From: Armatimonadota bacterium
Lineage (GTDB): Bacteria; Armatimonadota; UBA10988
DNA length: 64,000 bases
Reading direction: 5' to 3'
Assembly (NCBI GenBank): GCA_016235455.1
Contig: JACRKZ010000079.1
Location: 1 to 64,000 of the forward strand
The notes beneath the pieces are model-generated. The model ran no database searches. It saw only the letters and a list, made by a program, of their open reading frames with translations, and was not told the DNA's origin. This document shows, piece after piece, positions 55,234-64,000 of this stretch; position 1 is the stretch's first letter; each line of letters starts with the position of its first letter. The translations under genes and the position numbers were made by a program.

Positions 55234-57867
55234 TCAATTGAGATGCGTCGAGTCGAGTGGCGCCCAACGGTCCAAAGCCGCCACCACGTCCGCGGGCCGC
55301 ACTGGCTTGGCCAGGTAGTCGTCCATGCCGCAGTCCAGGCACGTCTCGCGATCGCCGGCCAGCGCGTTGGCCGTCATGGCGACGATGGGCAGGTGGCCCG
55401 AGCCAGAGGCGGCCTCGCGATCGCGAATGGCGCGCGTGGCGTCGTAGCCGTCCATATTGGGCATCTGGCAGTCCATTAGCAGGACATCCCAGTCACCGCT
55501 GGCCGCCGCGGCCACGGCCTCCACGCCATCGGCGGCGATGGTCACCTGGCAGCCCATCTTCTCCAGCAGTCGCGTGATGACTTTCTGGTTGACAGCGTTG
55601 TCCTCGGCCACGAGCACCCGCCGCGCAGCGGCGCTGGCCGGGGTCTCCTCGGGTGTGGCCGCGGACGTCGCGGACGTCGCGGGCGAGGGGCTGGGCGTGG
55701 CGGGCGCGAGCGTGGTAGCCAGCGCGTGCTGCAGTTGCGACATGCGCACGGGCTTGGCCAGGTAGGCCGAGAAGCCCAACTCCAGCATGCGCTCGGCGTC
55801 CTCGCGGCGGCCGTGCGAGGTCAGCATGATCAGCTTGACGTCGTCGAGCGCCGCCTCGGCCCGAATGCGCCGGCCCAGCATCTCACCGTCCAGGCCCGGC
55901 ATCATGTGGTCGAGCAGCGCGACCGCGTATGGCCGGCCCTCGGCCTTGGCCGCCAGCAACAGGGCGATGGCCGCGTTCGGATCCTCGCTGCTGTCGCGCT
56001 CCACACCCCAGCGTCCGAGTTGCTCGGACAGGACGAAGCGGTTGACCTCGTTGTCGTCAATGATCAGCGCGCGCACCCCGCGCAGGTCGATGGATGCTGG
56101 CGGCGGCTCATCTTCGAGGTGCGTCTCGGGCAGGGGCAGCGAGGCCCAGAACGTGGACCCCTCGCCCACCCGGCTGATGCCCAGCACCGTGCCGCCCATC
56201 AGCTCGGCCAGGCGCCGGCAGATGGCCAGGCCCAGGCCCGTGCCGCCGTGCGAGCGCGTGGTCGTGTTGTCGGCCTGCTCGAATTCGCCGAAGATGGCCT
56301 CGATGCGGTCCTCGGGGATGCCGACCCCCGTGTCCTGCACCTCAATGCGCAGCCGCTGCTCAGCCCCGGCCGTGCCAGTCTCCCGCGACACGCTGATGAG
56401 CACGTGCCCTTGCCGCGTGAACTTGATGGCATTGCCCACCAGATTGAGCAGGATCTGGCGTACGCGGCCCGGGTCGCCCACCACGCCGGGCGCAATGTCG
56501 GGCGTATAGCGCACGATCAGGTCGATGCCCTGCTGGTCCGCCTTGACCGCCAGCAGGTCGGCCACGTCGGAGACGGCCTGGCGCAGGTCGAAGGGCACGC
56601 GCTCGACCGCCAGCTTGCCCGCCTCGATCTTGGAGAAGTCCAGAATGTCGTTGAGCACGGTGAGCAGCGCTTCGGCCGAGGCGTGGATGGTGCGCGCGTA
56701 GTCGGTCTGCTCGGCATCCAGGTGGGTCTGCAGCAGCAACGCCGTCATGCCCAGCACGCCGTTCATCGGCGTGCGAATCTCGTGGCTCATGTTGGCCAGG
56801 AACGCGCCCTTGGCCTCGGCGGCGGCCTGCGCGGCGGCCAGCGCCTCCTGCAACTGGGCCTCGGCGGCGATGCGCTGCTCGACCTCCGCGCGCAGCTCAC
56901 CGCGCTGGTCGAAGTGCGTCTTGACCAACGCCGCGAGCTGACCGAACTCGGTCGGGTCGTCGCGCAGCCGGTCGAGGGGGCGTTCATCGTCTTGGGCCAG
57001 GCTGGCCGTGATGGCCCGCAAGGGGCGCCGCACCCAGCGATGCAGGCCAGCGAGCAGCAGCAGCAGCATGGTCACGGCCGAGATGCCCAGCAGCCAGAGC
57101 TCGGAGCGACGGCTGGCCGCGAAGACCGCGACCACGTCGGCTGTGGACCGCACCCACAGCGTGGCGACGGGCTGCTCGGCCCAGTCGCGGAACACGCACG
57201 TGACCACGACCCTGCCGTCGGCGCCGATGGTGCAGCCGTCGGCCTCGCCATCGTAGGGGCTGATCCTGGCCTCCGCCTGACAGTACGTCGAGAGATCGAC
57301 CAGGTGGCCCTGGTCCCACCGGTGCGCCGCCACGAAGTAGCCACGGGGAGCCAGTCGCCGATCCGCATCGGCGGTGGTCGTGACACCCGCGCCGGCGCAC
57401 TCCAGGAGGCCGGCCGACGTGCGCCAGAAGAACCGGGCGACGGAGCGGCGCGCCATCAGCGCCCGCACGACTGCCGGCGGCAGGGCTTGGGCAGTCGGGG
57501 CAACCTCGCCACCTGAACTCATCCGCGCGGCCAACAGCGTGCCATCGGGTCGGTAGATCCACCAGCCGGCCGACCCAAATGTCTTCAGAGACGGATCGAG
57601 GTTCTCATCCATCCACTGCGTGGAGGGCGCCGCCACCTGCCGCACCATGTCGTCCCACCAGGAGTAGTCCGCGGCGTGGCTTTCCACGCGCTCGCCCAGC
57701 AGCGTAGTGATGCGGCGCACCGCCGTCTGGCGCTCCGCGGCCCAGGCCGTGCGCAGGCTGACCATGCGCCGGTCGTGGCCCTGCTTGACCACGACGAGGA
57801 CCAGCGCGTTGACGGCCATGACCGCCAGAGCCAGAATCAGCAGCCGGGTTTCCGTTCGGCGCAGCAA
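55234..57867 (-). CDS. Hybrid sensor histidine kinase/response regulator with CHASE4-like sensor and two REC domains
   Basis: 'DYSWWDDM' between two TM segments; H-box '[15 protein letters not shown]'; '[10 protein letters not shown]', 'DTGVGI', 'GGTGLGL'; REC 'LLDHMMP' and 'LMDCQMP'. Confidence 0.92.
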   Translation of the reverse strand: MLRRTETRLLILALAVMAVNALVLVVVKQGHDRRMVSLRTAWAAERQTAVRRITTLLGERVESHAADYSWWDDMVRQVAAPSTQWMDENLDPSLKTFGSAGWWIYRPDGTLLAARMSSGGEVAPTAQALPPAVVRALMARRSVARFFWRTSAGLLECAGAGVTTTADADRRLAPRGYFVAAHRWDQGHLVDLSTYCQAEARISPYDGEADGCTIGADGRVVVTCVFRDWAEQPVATLWVRSTADVVAVFAASRRSELWLLGISAVTMLLLLLAGLHRWVRRPLRAITASLAQDDERPLDRLRDDPTEFGQLAALVKTHFDQRGELRAEVEQRIAAEAQLQEALAAAQAAAEAKGAFLANMSHEIRTPMNGVLGMTALLLQTHLDAEQTDYARTIHASAEALLTVLNDILDFSKIEAGKLAVERVPFDLRQAVSDVADLLAVKADQQGIDLIVRYTPDIAPGVVGDPGRVRQILLNLVGNAIKFTRQGHVLISVSRETGTAGAEQRLRIEVQDTGVGIPEDRIEAIFGEFEQADNTTTRSHGGTGLGLAICRRLAELMGGTVLGISRVGEGSTFWASLPLPETHLEDEPPPASIDLRGVRALIIDDNEVNRFVLSEQLGRWGVERDSSEDPNAAIALLLAAKAEGRPYAVALLDHMMPGLDGEMLGRRIRAEAALDDVKLIMLTSHGRREDAERMLELGFSAYLAKPVRMSQLQHALATTLAPATPSPSPATSATSAATPEETPASAAARRVLVAEDNAVNQKVITRLLEKMGCQVTIAADGVEAVAAAASGDWDVLLMDCQMPNMDGYDATRAIRDREAASGSGHLPIVAMTANALAGDRETCLDCGMDDYLAKPVRPADVVAALDRWAPLDSTHLN

Positions 57868-57960
57868 AGGTGCCTCCGCTCGGCAGTCAGCCTACCACAA
57901 TCGAGCGTCGACGCAGGAGTGGGCATGTCATGCTCGAATATCGGCCACCTGGAGCGTTTC

Positions 57961-60131
57961 ATGAGTCCTCGGCTGGTAACAACTGCTCTCATGCTGGTCG
58001 GCGCCGGCTGCGCCGCCGCCGCCGCCCGCACCGTGCCGGCCCCACTGCCCGACCACCGCGGCCATGTCTGGCTGGCGGGTGAGACGGTCGAACTGAGCGC
58101 GCCCGCCGATGCGGCGCGCTGGGTGGTCGTCGACATTGCCGGCCGGACCGTCGCCGAGGGCACCCCGACCGGCCGCGTCGTGCTGGGCCAGCCCGCCGTG
58201 GGCTACTACGAGCTGCGCGGCCTGGCCGCCGACGGCGCCGTGCGATCGCGCTCGGGGCTGGCCGTGCTGAACCGCCTCGTTGCGCCCACGCCCGAGGACT
58301 CGCCGATCTCCATCGATGTGGCCACGGCCTGGTTCTACCAGCGCGACCAGCTGGAGTTGATCGCCAACCAGTGCGCCCTGGCCGGCGTCAACTGGGTGCG
58401 TGACCGACTGACCTGGGGCGCGGTCGAGACCCAGCGCGGGCAGCTGGCCGAGCACACGCTGTATGACGACACCGCTGCCGTGATGACCGCGGCGGGCCTC
58501 AAGTCCCTGCAGGTCTTCCATGGCTCGCCGGCCTGGACCGGCCAGACCGACGGTCGCCGCATGGCGCCCGACCTGCGCGATGTCTACAACTTCCAGAAGG
58601 CCTTCGCGGCGCGCTGGAAAGGCCAGGTCCTGGCCTGGGAGCCGTGGAACGAAGCCGAGATTGACGGCTTTGGCGGGCACACCGGGCTGGAGATGGCCAG
58701 TTGGCAGAAGGCCGCCTACTGGGGCCTGCGCGCCGGCTCGCCGGAGGCGCTGGTGTGCCACAACGTCTTTGCCCACTGGCGTACGGACACCATGGCCGAC
58801 GTGTTCGCCAACGAGTCCTTCGCCTACTGCGACACCTTCAACTTTCATCATTACAGTCCTATCGACAGCCTGGCCGACACCTACCGGCGCTTCGCCTCGG
58901 TCAGCGGCGGTCGGCCGCTGTGGGTGTCCGAGGCGGGCACCCACCCCAGGTGGACCGGCGACGACAAGGAAAAGGAGCCCACAGAGCCCGAACTGCAGCG
59001 CCAGGCGCAGTTCGTCACGCAGTGCTACGCCACCAGCATCGCCGAGGGGTCGGTGGCCACGTTCTTCTTTGTCTTCCCCAACTACGCCGAAGGTGACATC
59101 CAGTTCGGCCTGACGCGGCGCGACCTGAGCCCGCGGCCCGGCTACGTGGCTATGGCCGCCGCCGGTCGGCTGCTCGCCGGCGCCAAGCCGCTGGGCCGGG
59201 TGCCTTCCGAGACGCGTGGCGACCTGCGGCTGTGCGCCTTCGACGCGCGACCCGATGGCCAGCCGAAGACCGTGGTCGTGGCCTGGTCGGCGGGCGCGCC
59301 GGTGGATCTGCCCAACTGGGCCCACGCCCGCGTGGCCTTCGACCACTTCGGCCGCTCCATCGAGCCGCCGGCCCGCGTCGGCGCCGATCCGGTCTACCTG
59401 CTGCTCGACCCGGGTGCCGAGCTGAAGGTCACGCGACGGGCACCCGAGCCGCGCGCCCTGGTCGTGCCCAGCCCGCTGGTGCTGCAGCCCATGCCGCCCG
59501 CCGAGAAGCGGGTCGTGGATCGTTCCGCCACCGCCATCGAGCCCGGCACAACGCAGCCGTTGCCGGTCTTCGCCTACAACTTCTCGGCAAAGCCGATCAC
59601 CACCACGGTCAGCGTGGCCTGTGACGCTGGACTGACGGTCAAGCCCGCCCAGCTGCCGTTGACGGTCGCGCCGGGCGAGCGTGTCGAGTTGAGGTTCGAA
59701 GCCGCCGTGTCCGCCGAGCCGCAGGATGTGGGCCGGCTGACCGCGCGGTTCGAGGCCACAGCCGACACCACCCGCGCCGTGGCGGTGGCCGGCTATCTGG
59801 TGCCGCTGAGCGCGCTCAAGCCCCGCGCGCGCCTGGCTGTACCCGGCGCGGCGGAGGCCGCCAACTGGCGCACCATGAACAGCCCCGGCAAGATGACCAT
59901 CGAGCCGGCCGAGGGCGCCGACGGCGGCGTGCTGGTGACCGCTACGCTGGACGGGCCTACCAGGCGGCGTTGCGGTTCACGGACATGAGCTGGGGCGCCT
60001 GGAGCAAGGCCGACACCAACGACCGCATCGATCCCGAGGCCTTCGCGGCGTTCAAGATCGGCCTCAACACCAAGGTGGCCAAGGTCCGCTACATCATCCG
60101 CGACGTGGCCTGGGTGCGCTTCAAACCATAA
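57961..60131 (+). pseudogene. Secreted clan GH-A glycoside hydrolase with a frame break near the 3' end (disrupted gene or assembly error)
   Basis: 'GVNWVRDRLTW', 'WEPWNE', 'NFHHY', 'WVSEAG'. The frame drifts after 'TATLDG' and stops at 59988, while another frame reads AYQAALRFTDMSWGAWSKADTNDRIDPE...FKIGLNTK...VAWVRFKP to TAA at 60131. Confidence 0.65.
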
Positions 60132-60951
60132 CGTGGCCGCCGAGTTCGGCCACCAGATCAGGGTGCCACGGCAACGCCAGTTCGACACGCGGCGCGGGCT
60201 CGATGGGCGCCACCGGCAGGTCCGGCAGGCCGGCCAGCTGCTGCGTGTAGACCAGTTCGGCCAGCGGCCGCAATCCGACTACGTCCTCGGCGCAGTAGCG
60301 CAGCAGCGTGGGCAGAGCGCGCGCGTCGCCGCGCTGGTGGCGCTGCCAGAGCAGCACGGCCATGAACCCGTCGACCGCCAGCAGCTCGCTGTCACGGCCT
60401 AGGCCGGTCGTCTGCTCAATGACCTTGAGCCCGCCCGAGTAGCCCAGTGCGCGCAGCGGGTAGCGCAAGTCGAGATGCACCGGCGGCAGCCACAAACCGG
60501 GCATGGTAGCGCGCAGGAACGGCAGGTCGAAGCTGGCGCCGTTGTAGGTGATGACCATCTCGAAGTCGCGCAGGTAGTCGCGCAGCAGATGCAGGTTGTC
60601 ATCGCGCACGAAGAGCGACACCTCGGCTCCGTCGTAGCAGCCGACCACGGTGACCACGTCGCGATCCGAGCTGAGCCCCGTGGTTTCGATGTCCAGGTAG
60701 ACCGCGCGCTCGCGCAACTCGCCGTACCAGCGCCAGGCGGAGCCGCCGGAAGTGATGGACGAGAACCAGCCGAAGTCGCGCCGCCCCAGCGCCTCCAGCG
60801 ACGCCTCGGCCCGCGCGGCCAACGGCCCCACGCGCGGTACGACGCGATCGCTGGCCAAGGCGTGCTCCCACGTCAGGATACCGTCGGCCCACAACTTCCG
60901 CTCGCTGCTCGATCCAATGCCCTGCAGATGGCAGAAGGTGCTCCGTATCAC
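60121..60951 (-). CDS. RNase H-like (YprB/RNase_H_2) exonuclease domain protein
   Basis: N-terminal HhH-like 'GIGSSSERKLW'; DEDD-like 'YLDIETTGLS', 'TYNGASFDLPFL', 'GGLKVIE', 'RYCAEDV'. Confidence 0.88.
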   Translation of the reverse strand: MIRSTFCHLQGIGSSSERKLWADGILTWEHALASDRVVPRVGPLAARAEASLEALGRRDFGWFSSITSGGSAWRWYGELRERAVYLDIETTGLSSDRDVVTVVGCYDGAEVSLFVRDDNLHLLRDYLRDFEMVITYNGASFDLPFLRATMPGLWLPPVHLDLRYPLRALGYSGGLKVIEQTTGLGRDSELLAVDGFMAVLLWQRHQRGDARALPTLLRYCAEDVVGLRPLAELVYTQQLAGLPDLPVAPIEPAPRVELALPWHPDLVAELGGHVMV

Positions 60952-61907
60952 GTCGCCTCGCTTGTCACCGTGCCCAGGTCATAGAAGACGATGCGGTTGC
61001 GCCCCTGCTTCTTGGCCTGGTAGAGCGCCTTGTCGGCGTCGTCGAGCACCTGCTGCACCGAACGGTCGTTGGCCGGCGACATCACCGTGACTCCACCCGA
61101 GATGGTCACCACCTCGCCGGGCCCACGACCCTCGTGCGGGATGAGCATGGCCTCCACGGCGGCGCGGATGCGCTCCATGGCGATGGCGCCGCGGTCAGCG
61201 GTCTGTTCGGGGAAGACCAGCAGGAACTCCTCGCCGCCGTAGCGGTAGACTTCGTCGCCGGTGCGCGCCTGGCCACGCAGGCACTGAGCCACCGCGCGCA
61301 GGCAGTTGTCGCCCTCGCCGTGGCCGTACGTGTCGTTGTACTTCTTGAAGAAGTCGATGTCGACCAGCGCCAGGCAGTAGGTGTGACCGTAGCGCACGAT
61401 GCGCGAGTGGATGGAGGCCAGGTCCTCCTCCATGCGCAGTCGGTTGCTCACGCCGGTCAGGCGGTCCACGCGGCCGGTCTCGTAGAGGATGCGGTTGAGG
61501 CGCTCGAGCTCCGCGGTCTGCTCGCGCATGCGCCGGTGCAGGCTGACGATGCGCTCGGCGGCGATGAGCTTGGCTTTGAGCGCGTCGCGGTCCAGCGGCT
61601 TGGTCAGGTAGTCATCGGCACCCGACTCCATGCCGGCGACGTAGTCTTCCTTCTTGCTCAGCGCCGTCAGCAGCACCACGTACGTGTAATGCGTCTGCTC
61701 CAGGGAGCGCAGCCTGCGGACGAGCTCGATGCCGTCGAGTTCCGGCATCATCCAGTCCGTGACGAGTACGTCGAACTCGCTGTCTTGGAGGAGGAGCCAC
61801 GCCTCGGCGCCGTCGGTCGCCACGCGGCATTGGTGGCCAAGCTGTTCCAGGCAGCGCGTCAGGAGGATGCGCGAGATGTTGTCGTCTTCGGCAACCAGGA
61901 TGCGCAT
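60948..61907 (-). CDS. Response regulator diguanylate cyclase (REC-GGDEF)
   Basis: REC 'VAEDD...TDWMMP...YLTKP'; 'DRLTG', 'DIDFFKKYNDTYGH', I-site 'RTGD', 'RYGGEEF'. Confidence 0.93.
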   Translation of the reverse strand: MRILVAEDDNISRILLTRCLEQLGHQCRVATDGAEAWLLLQDSEFDVLVTDWMMPELDGIELVRRLRSLEQTHYTYVVLLTALSKKEDYVAGMESGADDYLTKPLDRDALKAKLIAAERIVSLHRRMREQTAELERLNRILYETGRVDRLTGVSNRLRMEEDLASIHSRIVRYGHTYCLALVDIDFFKKYNDTYGHGEGDNCLRAVAQCLRGQARTGDEVYRYGGEEFLLVFPEQTADRGAIAMERIRAAVEAMLIPHEGRGPGEVVTISGGVTVMSPANDRSVQQVLDDADKALYQAKKQGRNRIVFYDLGTVTSEAT

Positions 61908-61952
61908 TCGGGACCCGTTTCTCCAGGCACGTGCAGCTAGCCAGTGCCGGCA

Positions 61953-61981
61953 ATTGTAGTCAGCCCTGCGCGCCGGGTCAA
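61953..61981 (-). promoter_or_regulatory. Putative sigma-70 promoter for the diguanylate cyclase operon
   Basis: Minus strand TTGACC-N17-TACAAT. Confidence 0.6.
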
Positions 61982-62056
61982 CCGCGCCCCTGCTCTACCA
62001 GACACGCGCGGCGTAACAAAGTTGGATTTGGTCTATAATCGCGCCCGAGAACAAAC

Positions 62057-64000
62057 ATGGGTCTGTACGCGGTCACGATCTTCCTCAGCGCTTTTCTGCT
62101 GTTCGGTGTTCAGCCAATGCTCGGCCGGTACATCCTGCCCTGGTACGGCGGCACCCCCGCCGTGTGGACCACGTGCATGCTGTTCTTCCAGGTCTGTCTG
62201 GTCGGCGGCTACTTCTACTCGCACGGCCTGATCAGCCGGCTCTCGGCGCGCAACCAGGGCCGCGTGCACCTGGCTGTGTTGATCGTCTCGCTGCTCCTGC
62301 TGCCCGTGACACCGTCGGTGTCGTGGAAGCCGGTGGTGGCCGGTGACCCGACGCTGCGCATCCTGTTGCTGCTGGCCAGCACCGTCGGCTTGCCGTACCT
62401 GGTGCTCTCCACCACGGGCCCGCTGGTGCAGGGCTGGTTCGCCCGCACGTACCCGGGCCGCTCGCCGTATCGACTCTACTCGCTCTCCAACATCGGCTCG
62501 CTGCTGGCGCTTATCACCTACCCGCTGGTGACCGAGCGCCTGCTCCGGCTCAACCCGCAGACCTACGTGTGGTCCGCCGGCTATGCGCTGTTCGCCGTGC
62601 TCTGCGGCACGCTCGCCGTGCTCGTCAGCCGGTCGGCCGAGTGCGCTGAGCCAGCGACAGAGAGCGCCGCGGCCCCGGCCGACGACGAGACGCGACCCAG
62701 CCCGGTAACCATCCTCTTCTGGTTGCTGCTCTCCGCCTGCGGCTCCTGGCTGCTGCTGGCCACCACCAACCAGCTCTGCCAGGACGTGGCGGTCGTGCCC
62801 TTCCTGTGGGTGGCGCCGCTGAGCCTGTACCTTATATCGTTCATCATCTGCTTCGACAAGGAGCAGTGGTACCACCGCGGCGTCTACGGCACGCTCCTGG
62901 CGGTGGCGCTGCTGCTGGGCACCTACCTGCTGCATCGCGGGCTCAAGGTCAACATCGTCTACCAGATCCCCGCCTACTGCTTCGTCATGTTCGTCGGCTG
63001 CATGTCCGCGCACGGCGAGCTGGTGCGCTTGCGGCCCGGCGCGCGCCACTTGACACTGTTCTACCTGATGGTCTCGGTCGGCGGCGCGCTCAGCGGCATC
63101 GCCATCGCGCTGCTGGCGCCGCGCTGGTTCTCGGGTTTCTACGAGTACCAGATCGGCCTGGTCGGCGGCTGGCTGCTGTTCACCGCGGTGCTGGCGCGTG
63201 AGACGCACCTGCGCATGGCCGCTGGCGACCTGCCGGGCAAGGACGGCTTCATGCGCGTCGCCTTCCTGTCGGCCTGCGCGCTGCTCGGCTCGACGGTCGG
63301 CTACTACCTCTATGGCGAGGTGCGCGATGACGACGCGGACGTACTGGCCCAGAAGCGCAACTTCTACGGCGTCCTGCGCGTGTCGGAGTACGACAAGGGC
63401 AAGGAGGCGGCCAAGCTCTCGCTGCGCCACGGACGCATCCTCCACGGCTTCCAGTTCGAGGCGGCCAAGCGCCGCGCCTGGCGCACCAGCTACTACTCGA
63501 GCGGCAGCGGCGCCGGCCTGGCCCTGGAGCACTTCCCCACCCAGCCCAAGCGCGTGGGTGTGATCGGCCTGGGCACGGGCGCGCTCGCCGCCTACGCCGA
63601 AGCTGGCGACAGCTTCGTCTTCTACGACATCAACCCCGACGTGGTGCAGATCACCTCGCGCTACTTCACCTACGTGCAGGACGCCCAGGCGCGCGGCGCT
63701 CAGGTGCGCATCGATCAGGGCGACGCCCGCATCACCATGGAGCAGCAACTGGCCAGCGGCCAGGCGCAGCAGTTCGATGTGTTGCTGGTCGACGCCTTCA
63801 GCGGCGACGCCGTGCCGGTCCACCTGCTTACTCGGGAGTGCATCGAGCTGTACTGGAAGCACCTGAAGCCCGACGGTGTACTGGCCATCCACATCAGCAA
63901 CCGCTACATCAACCTGCGCCCGGTGTGCCGCGCCCTGGGCGACAGCTGTGGCCGGCAAGCGCTGCTCATCCGCAACGACGGCGACGACGCCACCGGCGTG
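62057..64000 (+). CDS. Membrane protein with C-terminal spermidine-synthase-like SAM domain, runs off the window end
   Basis: Not in the ORF track. MGLYAVTIFLSAFLLFGVQPMLGRYILPWYGGTPAVWTTCMLFFQ..., 'PYRLYSLSNIGS', 'RNFYGVL', 'HGRILHG', 'VIGLGTG', 'DAFSGDAVPVHLLT', 'HISNRY'. TATAAT at 62034-62039. Confidence 0.9.
   Translation, partial: MGLYAVTIFLSAFLLFGVQPMLGRYILPWYGGTPAVWTTCMLFFQVCLVGGYFYSHGLISRLSARNQGRVHLAVLIVSLLLLPVTPSVSWKPVVAGDPTLRILLLLASTVGLPYLVLSTTGPLVQGWFARTYPGRSPYRLYSLSNIGSLLALITYPLVTERLLRLNPQTYVWSAGYALFAVLCGTLAVLVSRSAECAEPATESAAAPADDETRPSPVTILFWLLLSACGSWLLLATTNQLCQDVAVVPFLWVAPLSLYLISFIICFDKEQWYHRGVYGTLLAVALLLGTYLLHRGLKVNIVYQIPAYCFVMFVGCMSAHGELVRLRPGARHLTLFYLMVSVGGALSGIAIALLAPRWFSGFYEYQIGLVGGWLLFTAVLARETHLRMAAGDLPGKDGFMRVAFLSACALLGSTVGYYLYGEVRDDDADVLAQKRNFYGVLRVSEYDKGKEAAKLSLRHGRILHGFQFEAAKRRAWRTSYYSSGSGAGLALEHFPTQPKRVGVIGLGTGALAAYAEAGDSFVFYDINPDVVQITSRYFTYVQDAQARGAQVRIDQGDARITMEQQLASGQAQQFDVLLVDAFSGDAVPVHLLTRECIELYWKHLKPDGVLAIHISNRYINLRPVCRALGDSCGRQALLIRNDGDDATGV

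Noticed and set aside
55661-55683. 9-bp tandem repeat in the kinase gene
   Set aside because: It encodes a low-complexity interdomain linker (ATSATSA).
60121-60951. YprB-like exonuclease as part of an MrfAB or defence system
   Set aside because: There is no adjacent DUF1998 helicase, and the lhr gene is 35 kb away and of a different family.

Overview
This is a high-GC, gene-dense chromosomal window with about 50 CDS. The combination of a prepilin-type DUF1559/H-X9-DG protein, an SLH-like 'TRYEFAVA' protein and many secreted glycoside hydrolases fits an Armatimonadota-like bacterium (inference only). It carries secreted carbohydrate-active enzymes, envelope genes (kdsA, kdsD, gmhA, wzm/wzt, GT4), signalling genes (dual-REC protein, CHASE4-like hybrid kinase, REC-GGDEF, ECF sigma), a UPF0175/DUF3368 toxin-antitoxin pair coupled to an Lhr helicase, and typA. 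I see no rRNA, tRNA, CRISPR array, transposase or phage genes. The most notable item is an ECF sigma factor whose overlapping partner fuses an anti-sigma-like N-terminus to a DUF1559/H-X9-DG pilin-like domain that has lost its prepilin cleavage site; it aligns motif by motif with the canonical pilin-like gene about 4 kb away. Also notable are an STN-TPR-beta-propeller protein with no barrel, a barrel-less OmpM-like SLH protein, several palindromic intergenic repeat types, and a glycoside hydrolase gene broken near its 3' end. All family calls come from motif recognition by eye, not database searches.
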